From assembly GCA_049278975.1 (NCBI GenBank), contig JBAPNE010000059.1, positions 1-53,945 of the forward strand: a stretch of DNA of 53,945 nt. The letters are read 5' to 3'. A model generated the notes under the pieces. That model made no database searches. It was not told the DNA's origin and saw nothing but the letters and a program-made list of their open reading frames with translations. Positions 27,002-33,778 of the stretch are shown here, in pieces (position 1 is the stretch's first letter; every line of letters begins with the position of its first letter). This DNA is from Candidatus Kryptoniota bacterium (lineage in GTDB: Bacteria; Bacteroidota; Ignavibacteria; Kryptoniales; JAKASW01). The translations under genes and the position numbers were made by a program.

Positions 27002-28471
27002 ATGTCTAATGAATCATCCACGATAGTTCAGCGTCTCTGGAACTACTGCAACGTCCTCCGCGACGACGGCGTAAGCTATGGCGACTACGTCGAGCAGTTG
27101 ACGTATCTCCTTTTCCTCAAGATGGCTGATGAACAAACGAAGCCGCCATTTCGTGTCGGGGCACAGCATGCTGTGCCCATACCAGATGGTCTCGACTGGG
27201 AAAGTCTTATCAAGAAAGACGGCGACGAGCTTGAGGTTCATTACCGACATGTCCTCGATTCTCTCGGCAAGGGATCTGGAATGCTTGGCGTGATATTCAG
27301 AAAATCTCAGAATAGAATTCAAGACCCTGCCAAACTTAAGAGGCTTGTCGAATTGATCAACGATGAGACCTGGATGGGTTTGGACGTCGACATTAAAGGT
27401 GAGATTTACGAAGGCTTGTTGCAGAAGAACGCTGAAGACGTGAAGAGTGGCGCGGGACAGTATTTCACTCCGCGACCGCTGATTAAGGCCATGGTTGATG
27501 TCACTCGTCCTGAATCCATGATGACAATTTGTGACCCCGCATGTGGGACCGGTGGCTTTTTCCTTGCCGCACACAATCACCTTGAGCACAAGCAGCTCGA
27601 CAAGAAACAGAAAGATTTCTTGAAGGCAAAGACTTTCAAAGGCTGGGAGATTGTAGATAGCGCGGCAAGGCTTTGCGTAATGAATCTTTACCTCCATGGC
27701 ATCGGAGGTGAAGAGAGTCCGATTACCGTAGCTGACAGTTTGGCATCGGAACCAAGCGAGCACTTCGATACTGTCCTAACAAATCCGCCTTTCGGCAAGA
27801 AGAGCAGCATCACGATAGTGAATGGAGAAGGAAAGGCCGACAAAGAATCCATCATGTATGAGAGGCAGGACTTTTGGGCTACGACTTCCAACAAACAGCT
27901 AAACTTTCTACAGCACGTGAGATCGCTTCTAAAACAAAATGGGAAAGCAGCAATCGTCGTTCCCGATAATGTTCTCTTTGAAGGCGGTGCAGGCGAGACA
28001 GTCAGGAGAAAGTTATTGCATGATTGCGACGTGCATACACTCCTTAGACTTCCGACTGGTATTTTCTATGCACAAGGTGTGAAAGCAAACGTACTTTTCT
28101 TCGAGAGAAAGCCCGCCAGCGAAAAGCCATGGACTGAGAAACTCTGGATATACGACTTGCGAACGAACACACATTTTACTTTGAAAACGAACACCCTCAA
28201 GTACGAAGACCTCAAAGATTTCATAGACTGTTACAATTCGGACAACCGTCGAGATCGTAAGGAATCCGAGCGGTTCAAAGTATTCACGTATGAAGAGCTT
28301 ATGCAGCGCGATAAAGCCAGTCTCGACATATTCTGGCTGAAGGATGACAGCCTTGAAGACTCCGCGAATCTACCCGACCCCGATGTAATTGCGCAAGACA
28401 TCGCAGAAAATCTTGAGGCTGCGTTAGAGCAGTTCAAGAGCGTTAGGGAAGGACTAGAGAACGGGAAGTAG
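27002..28471 (+). CDS. hsdM: Type I R-M N6-adenine DNA methyltransferase subunit
   Basis: HsdM N-terminal domain LWNYCNVLRDDG...YVEQLTYLLFLKMADE. AdoMet motif DPACGTGGF and catalytic motif TNPPFG. Confidence 0.92.
   Translation: MSNESSTIVQRLWNYCNVLRDDGVSYGDYVEQLTYLLFLKMADEQTKPPFRVGAQHAVPIPDGLDWESLIKKDGDELEVHYRHVLDSLGKGSGMLGVIFRKSQNRIQDPAKLKRLVELINDETWMGLDVDIKGEIYEGLLQKNAEDVKSGAGQYFTPRPLIKAMVDVTRPESMMTICDPACGTGGFFLAAHNHLEHKQLDKKQKDFLKAKTFKGWEIVDSAARLCVMNLYLHGIGGEESPITVADSLASEPSEHFDTVLTNPPFGKKSSITIVNGEGKADKESIMYERQDFWATTSNKQLNFLQHVRSLLKQNGKAAIVVPDNVLFEGGAGETVRRKLLHDCDVHTLLRLPTGIFYAQGVKANVLFFERKPASEKPWTEKLWIYDLRTNTHFTLKTNTLKYEDLKDFIDCYNSDNRRDRKESERFKVFTYEELMQRDKASLDIFWLKDDSLEDSANLPDPDVIAQDIAENLEAALEQFKSVREGLENGK
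27159..27178. repeat. Perfect 20-nt palindrome GGGCACAGCATGCTGTGCCC inside hsdM, read in frame as AQHAVP
   Basis: Read directly. It differs from the hsdS copy only at the symmetric pair G..C versus A..T, so the palindrome is preserved. Confidence 0.9.
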
Positions 28472-28530
28472 AATAAATAGTGTGGCCGCCCCTTTCGGAG
28501 CGACCAACACGTGATGGATCCTACTTACGG

Positions 28531-29233
28531 TCAGTCCGTCAACGTAAGTGAGCTTGAAAGCGTGCCGGAATACTTAACCGGTTTGCCCGCCGCATCGAGG
28601 GTCAGCAGCGCCAGTAGGATTGTCCTACCGGAGTAGCTTCCAATGCTCGCCGCATCCTGACCCGACAACGCGATGTTGAAGGTGAGTGCGTTGTTGAGAT
28701 CAACCGGCTTCGAGTCCGACGTTCCCGATGCGAACAGGAACTCAGGATAGGTCTCGTTCGAAGGGTTCGTCAGGCTCAGCACGTAAGCCATCTTAGCGTT
28801 CGGCTCTTTAGTTACGTCGATGCCGGCGGCACTTCCAATCGTCGCCATCGCGACCGCTATGGCGTTTCCCGTAAGGCTTGCGCTGGTGCAGCTGACCCCG
28901 AAGCTGTGCTCAGGGACTATCGTCGTAAGGTCGGAGACCGAGCTTGGGTTCACGATCAGGATGTTTTCCTGTACCATGAAATTGAACGTTGTCATCCCGC
29001 TTGGTGTCAGGGGCTGCCAAAATCCGGCAAGCTCGGGGACGGAATAGATCGCCTGAGCGAGCTTGGCCGAGAACTTGAAACGGGCCCTTCGGTCTATCGA
29101 CCCCCTGGTCGTCGGGGGGAGCGTAGCGGCCTGGCCGCGTCCCCACGAAGTTCTTGCCGTTGCGTTGGCGGAATACAGTGTCGCCGATTCTTCCGCTGAA
29201 TCTGCCGAGTACGGCTTTTGTTAGTTCTGCCAT
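28531..29233 (-). pseudogene. Frameshifted gene (about 234 aa if repaired) resembling the Bacteroidota DUF6266 type of hypothetical protein
   Basis: The two minus-strand ORFs 28910-29233 and 28531-28995 are in different frames. My translation upstream of 28995 continues as ...LPPTTRGSIDRRARFKFSAKLAQAIYSVPELAGFWQPLTPSGMTTFNF. The frames meet at a 6-nt homopolymer (plus-strand G6, 29114-29119), and deleting one base joins them. The N-terminus is LGRFSGRIGDTVFRQRNGKNFVGTRP. Confidence 0.55.
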
Positions 29234-29642
29234 TGAAATTGTCCTTTCATTTTGTTTTGTAATGGCAAATTAGTTAATTAGTTACAGAGCGAGTCAGTGC
29301 GGATGCATCTCTTCGTGAGAGGCGCCATGGAGCATCTCATTTCCGGGAAGCAGGCTCAACCGAGAGATAACCGGGAGATAGCCGAGAATGAAGCGTCGGC
29401 TCTCTGTGCGCTGACTTCGTTTCTCTGAATATTATTACTCACTACTAAACATATTTTGCCATTAACAAATATTTTTTCCCGACGGCAAAATCGGGCTTTT
29501 TGTGAGTAATAAGTAGTAGAAGAAGCATGAAGGTAAATTTGATACATACTTATGAGAATTCACTATGGTGCGCTTCTAAAACGTAGGAGGACAGAAATGA
29601 CACTCAGACAAATTGATTTCGCAGTAAAATCAGGGAGTGAAA

Positions 29643-30305
29643 ATGGGGACAGAGGATGATTGTAAAAAAATAGGGCTTATTGAAAGTTTCGTAAGAGATA
29701 AAAATAGACTTGAGAAGGTTGTTGCAATAGCGGAAAGGCTGTTGAGATGGAATGAAGACGGCAGCTCTTGTAGCTATGGAGAGTCTGAACGGGCAGTGAC
29801 CGCAGAATGTATCGTGCATGAACTGGTGGCTGATGCTTTGTGCGGAACCCGTAAATGGAATATTAAAGAAATGCCGGAATTTGACGGCTGGATAATAACC
29901 CAATTAAAAAGCAAGAAATGGAATCTTGTTCGTGAGCTGCTTCGCCCTTTGCCTTCTAAAAGAAAGGCTAACAACGAAGAGGCTACCGACGATCCGGACG
30001 AAAATTATTTCAGACCGACTGTTTCTTTACAAGAGGAGATCGAGAAAAATGGGTTTGATCCGCCCGGCGATCATGACTACGTCCGAGATTACGAGGATGA
30101 TGAATTTGTCAAGGTTTTGAAACGTGAACTTGAGGGCCGGGTAATCGACTACTTTGTGCTTGAGGGAGTATTAGATAAACAAGGTAACATAGAAATCGCT
30201 TCTGATTTGAAAATAAAAGTGAGTGAGGTCGTGAATGCCAAAAAGAGAGTCGGTCGAGTGATCGACGAGTTGAAAAGAGGAAGAAGCAACGATCGTTCGA
30301 AATGA
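29643..30305 (+). CDS. Divergent sigma-70-family (ECF-like) protein
   Basis: Region-2-like AECIVHELVADALCGTRKWN...FDGWIITQLKSKKWNLVRE and region-4 HTH-like YFVLEGVLDKQGNIEIASDLKIKVSEVVNAKKRVGRVIDEL. A gggag RBS precedes the ATG at 29643; the ORF track starts at GTG 29637. Confidence 0.5.
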   Translation: MGTEDDCKKIGLIESFVRDKNRLEKVVAIAERLLRWNEDGSSCSYGESERAVTAECIVHELVADALCGTRKWNIKEMPEFDGWIITQLKSKKWNLVRELLRPLPSKRKANNEEATDDPDENYFRPTVSLQEEIEKNGFDPPGDHDYVRDYEDDEFVKVLKRELEGRVIDYFVLEGVLDKQGNIEIASDLKIKVSEVVNAKKRVGRVIDELKRGRSNDRSK

Positions 30306-30700
30306 GTCTGCACGTCTTGGAGATCGACCGGTTTAAAAGTTAGAACAAATAATCAGCAAGAAGAAAAGGACAAACGCTTAATATCTTATGAAGGTACCTA
30401 TGACTAGTATTTCGGTATCTTCGTTCCAGAGGCCGTTATGAGGAGCACGCTGTCAGTTAGTAGGTTTATCGTCTCATCTTATCATGACACCAACGAAGTT
30501 GTGTCTAAGAGAATTTGTGGTACACCGCTTTTCCCTGCGTATCTATTCTATCCTATAGATAAGTATTTCCTTCTCAGGAAGCCGTCTGGAAAAATAAGAC
30601 TCGGAACTTTGCATCAAAGAAGGTTAAGATGGCACATGCCCGGGACGGAAATGCTGATAAAACTTGCCATGTGTTTTAAGAATTAATCAGGCAATAAAAT

Positions 30701-31093
30701 ATGGAGGAACAAATGGACCGAGAAGCTTTCATGGATTTCTACTTGGACAACAGCGATGAAGATCCGGAGTATATTCATGAGTATCTCGTCAAGGAAGGTA
30801 TTGATATCGATGGGCTTCAAGCGAGGTTGTTGGAGTTGATTGCAAAACGTAAGGCCGAACAAAAGTTGGTGGAAGGGAAAAAGTTCAAATCAGCATATGA
30901 GGAGATGAAGCGGAAAGCGGATTCAATATTTGGAAAGAAAGTCAGCGAGGAAGTGAACACAACAGCAGTTGCTTACAGGAAACACCAAGGGGAATCTGAA
31001 GAGGATGCAACGGAAAGTGTTGATGACGCTAAAAAGTTAGCAATGATTAAACAGGCGAAGGAATCTTTATCTAATGGAAAGAAGGCAAAGTGA
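30701..31093 (+). CDS. Hypothetical acidic/Lys-rich helical protein (130 aa)
   Basis: A clean ORF with a ggagg RBS (aatatggaggaacaaatg). No motif was recognised. Confidence 0.5.
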   Translation: MEEQMDREAFMDFYLDNSDEDPEYIHEYLVKEGIDIDGLQARLLELIAKRKAEQKLVEGKKFKSAYEEMKRKADSIFGKKVSEEVNTTAVAYRKHQGESEEDATESVDDAKKLAMIKQAKESLSNGKKAK

Positions 31094-31134
31094 AAGTCGG
31101 AGAAGTGCGTTGTGTCCTGCGAGCCGACTACCGG

Positions 31135-31268
31135 CCATTGCGAGGAGGGCGACCAGCGAAGCGGACGGACGACGCGGCAATCTCGATCATGGCTGATGGA
31201 CGAAGGGCTTTCTATGTCCGCATCGTGGACAAGTGGAAGATGAGATTGCCTCGCTTTGCTCGCAAAGG
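31135..31268. repeat. Composite long-hairpin repeat of the CATTGCGAG...GGCAATCTC // GAGATTGCC...CTCGCAAAGG type
   Basis: The outer arms ccattgcgag (31135-31144) and ctcgcaaagg (31259-31268) match at 9 of 10 positions. The inner arms ggcaatctc (31176-31184) and gagattgcc (31242-31250) match at 9 of 9. Confidence 0.6.
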
Positions 31269-31333
31269 CGAATTCGTGGCTTATTATCCAAGCTCCGACA
31301 ATACGAGCCACGAAGGAAACAGGAAAGAAACTG

Positions 31334-32098
31334 ATGACCGCATTAGCTGAAGGAAGAGCGCGTGAGCTGCTGAACGCCTACTGTATCAAATCTCCGGAAG
31401 GACTAAAGAACTTAGATGAGATCGCGAACGCCGAGGGTCTAATAGTGGAAGACGCAGACTTAAGTAATTGCCAGGGGAAAATCGCATATGAAGAGACCAT
31501 GGGGCTTATCAAGGTAAGCACTGCTGTACGTGAGCCGGGAGCGAGAAGGTTCGTGATCGCGCATGAGATGGGACACTTCTTTAACGAGAAGTCGAAGCTG
31601 AATAGATGTGCGTCGCAAGATATGCTGCCGGTAAAGTCAAAGAAAGTCGGCGAGGACGATGCAAATGCTTTCGCCGTCGAGCTTTTGATGAAGAAGGAAT
31701 GGTACTCCGAATTCGTGAAGGACAAGGATCCGGGCATCGAAGCCATTAGAAAAGCCGCGGAATACTTCGGAGTTTCGCTCAGCGCGGCTGCAATTCGATA
31801 TTCGCAGGCAGGAAACTTTCCTGTCGCGGTAATCATGACGCATAAGCGTAAAGTGTCCTGGAGTTCAATAAGCGAACTTTTCCCGTACCAGTATGTCGGC
31901 AAACATCATCCTGTCAACAGTTACTCCGAGGCAGAAGCGTTTTATAGCGGAACGAAGGTGGACACTGCGCCTCACTCTGTTCTCGCCGACTCGTGGTTCT
32001 TAGAAGACCGCAGCTTCCGGCGAAACCATTCTCTTGTCGAGCAAATCCTGCCAATGCCGAATTATGATTCGCTGCTCGCGGTTGTGTGGGAGGGGTAG
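31334..32098 (+). CDS. ImmA/IrrE-family (DUF955/COG2856-like) zinc metallopeptidase with an unassigned C-terminal domain
   Basis: HEMGH zinc motif at 31562-31576. The N-terminal part ARELLNAYCIKSPEGLKNLDEIANAEGLIVEDADL is typical of ImmA. I chose the start at ATG 31334, which has an aggaaa RBS; the ORF track starts at 31256, inside the repeat. Confidence 0.75.
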   Translation: MTALAEGRARELLNAYCIKSPEGLKNLDEIANAEGLIVEDADLSNCQGKIAYEETMGLIKVSTAVREPGARRFVIAHEMGHFFNEKSKLNRCASQDMLPVKSKKVGEDDANAFAVELLMKKEWYSEFVKDKDPGIEAIRKAAEYFGVSLSAAAIRYSQAGNFPVAVIMTHKRKVSWSSISELFPYQYVGKHHPVNSYSEAEAFYSGTKVDTAPHSVLADSWFLEDRSFRRNHSLVEQILPMPNYDSLLAVVWEG

Positions 32099-32160
32099 CT
32101 CGCGTCTCATCGATCAGTCATCGCGAAGAACCCCGCCTCGCGGGGTAAACTCCGGCCTGT

Positions 32161-32374
32161 GGCAATCTCAATCTGGTGTACCACCAAGCGACGTGCGAGG
32201 ACTGAGGCTGAGCTTCAGAAGGAGGAAAAGAAAACATAGGTTCCCGCCACGAGCACGCGGGAACGACAGTTGGGTGGTGAGCATCGTCATGGTACTCGTT
32301 TGAATCAAGCGAGTCATGGCCCAGGCAATGAACGGATCGCTACGTGATGCTGAAGCGCCTCTCGCAATGACAGG
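32161..32374. repeat. Composite hairpin-rich repeat, copy B (right border of the accessory segment)
   Basis: Modules in order: ggcaatctc..tgtaccaccaa (32161-32192); hairpin ggTTCCCGc-N-gCGGGAAcgac (32239-32267); ctcgcaatgacagg (32361-32374). A CCCCGC-ctc-GCGGGG hairpin also lies just upstream at 32131-32145. Confidence 0.6.
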
Positions 32375-32526
32375 AGGCTGAAGATGGTAGAGCACCATTC
32401 CTTCGGGCAAGATGATGATCGTATCGCCTGTACCATGAAGCAATAAACTGGCAAGCGACGCTAACACATCTTGTGCCGCAAGTGTGATCTGTCTCTCTCT
32501 GTCTCCAAAAAAGTGTACCACATTGC

Positions 32527-32554
32527 TTGACAATTAATAATAAAGGCTTATATT
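32527..32554 (+). promoter_or_regulatory. Sigma-70-like promoter candidate for the ATP-grasp/GNAT/KamA operon
   Basis: TTGACA (32527-32532), a 16-nt spacer, then TATATT (32549-32554). A 7-bp hairpin, CAATGAA-cgc-TTCATTG, lies at 32564-32580 in the leader. Confidence 0.3.
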
Positions 32555-32642
32555 TAACGCAAGCAATGAACGCTTCATTGACATATCGAAGAGCCTCCTG
32601 CAAGCGGGAGAAGCTCCGGCGAGACAAACTGAAGTCGCACCA

Positions 32643-33737
32643 GTGTCGGAAGACCTTATGAACGTTGCTCTTGTCTTTAACATTAAAAGAGAGAGCACCA
32701 TGGAGGCTGACGCTAATCTTATCTCTTCTCCTTCCAAAACCACCTCAACATCTCAATCGAAACTCTCCTACGAAGGAAAGGTCATCGATAAGTATGCAGA
32801 GTGGGACACCGCCGAGACGATCGACGCCGTAGCCCGCGCTTTATCGCTGTACCACGATGTTACGTTTGTTGAAGCTGACGAGAACGCCTACGACAGGCTT
32901 CGCGGCGGAGAGTTTGACATCGCCTTCAACATCGCCGAAGGGATGAATGGCGTCAGCCGGGAAGCGCAAATCCCCGCCATGCTTGAATTCCTAGGAATAC
33001 CTTATACCGGTTCCGACCCGCTTACTCTGGCAACCTGCCTGGATAAGTCAAGGACAAAAGAAATTTTGAGTTATCACAGGATACCTACTTCGAAATTTGT
33101 CGTTGCAGATTCATTTGAAGAAGCATCGAAAGCATCATTGCGTTACCCACTTTTTGTTAAGCCGCTCCACGAAGGTTCGAGCAAGGGAATCTATAACTCT
33201 TCCTATGTCGTGAACCAAGCAGCGCTCCAAAAAGAAGTTGAACGAATACTAAATGATTACGAGCAGCCCGCACTTGTAGAAGAATACTTGCCCGGGAGGG
33301 AATTCACCGTAGCACTGCTTGGTAATGGGAATGAATTGAAAGTCCTGCCACCCGTTGAAATAACTTTCGATTCACTGCCATCAGAGGCACTGCCTGTTTA
33401 TTCTTATGAGGCCAAATGGCTTTGGGATACAAAAGATTCCCCTATTGAAGTTTTCAAATGTCCGGCACCAATCAGCGATTCTCTGAACACAAAAATTGAG
33501 AATGTGTGCAGGAAGGCATTTGAAGTTCTAAATTGCCGCGACTGGAGCAGGATTGATGTGCGCCTTGATGCTGAAGGCGAGCCTAATATAATCGAAATCA
33601 ATCCGCTGCCAGGAATTTTACCAGATCCGGAAGAGCATTCATGTTTCCCGATGGCTTCGAGAGCCGCGGGCCTGGACTATGGTCAAATGATGAATGCGGT
33701 CCTAGATGCGGCAATCAAGAGAATAGGTAAGTCATAG
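32643..33737 (+). CDS. ATP-grasp ligase of the D-alanine--D-alanine ligase family (paralog 1)
   Basis: Overall Ddl-like pattern: FNIAEG..G.SREAQIPAMLEFLGIPYTGSDPLTLATCLDKSRTKEIL, PLFVKPLHEGSSKGI, EEYLPGREFTVALLGN and IEINPLPG. The start is more likely ATG 32658 (MNVALVFNIK) than GTG 32643. Confidence 0.8.
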   Translation: MSEDLMNVALVFNIKRESTMEADANLISSPSKTTSTSQSKLSYEGKVIDKYAEWDTAETIDAVARALSLYHDVTFVEADENAYDRLRGGEFDIAFNIAEGMNGVSREAQIPAMLEFLGIPYTGSDPLTLATCLDKSRTKEILSYHRIPTSKFVVADSFEEASKASLRYPLFVKPLHEGSSKGIYNSSYVVNQAALQKEVERILNDYEQPALVEEYLPGREFTVALLGNGNELKVLPPVEITFDSLPSEALPVYSYEAKWLWDTKDSPIEVFKCPAPISDSLNTKIENVCRKAFEVLNCRDWSRIDVRLDAEGEPNIIEINPLPGILPDPEEHSCFPMASRAAGLDYGQMMNAVLDAAIKRIGKS

Positions 33738-33778
33738 CTCGTAACTTATTGTGCATGTTTAACTTATAAAGGCGGCTT

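Noticed and set aside
27014-27763. A long antisense ORF (249 aa) inside hsdM. Similar antisense or out-of-frame ORFs lie inside other confident genes, for example at 4401-4892, 12939-13304, 31378-31902, 35634-36179, 47178-47645 and 47670-48350.
   Set aside because: Each is fully embedded in a gene with strong motif support on the other strand or frame, and each shows a non-protein-like composition. These are shadow ORFs.
30438-30686. An 82-aa plus-strand ORF in the gap between the sigma-like gene and the acidic protein gene.
   Set aside because: It has no RBS and an odd Cys/His/Arg/Leu-rich composition with no motif, and it ends inside the RBS region of the next gene. The ~390-nt gap remains unexplained, and I could not identify any ncRNA in it.
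31090-31350. An 86-aa GTG-initiated ORF between the acidic protein gene and the ImmA-like gene.
   Set aside because: It is almost entirely a translation of the composite hairpin repeat at 31135-31268 (the PLRGGRPAKRTDDAAIS... type of string) and has no RBS.
17073-32540. Calling the accessory segment a prophage, ICE or integrative island.
   Set aside because: No integrase, excisionase, transposase, conjugation or phage structural genes were recognised, and there is no flanking tRNA. Only the bracketing repeats, the defence cargo and the ImmA and sigma-like genes hint at a mobile origin, so I report it as a finding rather than as a mobile_element feature.
32168-32627. Two overlapping minus-strand ORFs (121 aa and 95 aa) in the 540-nt gap after the ImmA-like gene.
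   Set aside because: They overlap each other in different frames, run through several palindromes including the RGND-type hairpin, and have no RBS or recognisable motif. I treated the region as a noncoding repeat patchwork, though a small real gene cannot be fully excluded.
32555-32657. A lysine (L-box) riboswitch in the leader of the KamA-containing operon.
   Set aside because: The leader is only about 90-100 nt, far shorter than an L-box, and I could not see the conserved L-box helices or motifs. Only a small 7-bp hairpin is present.
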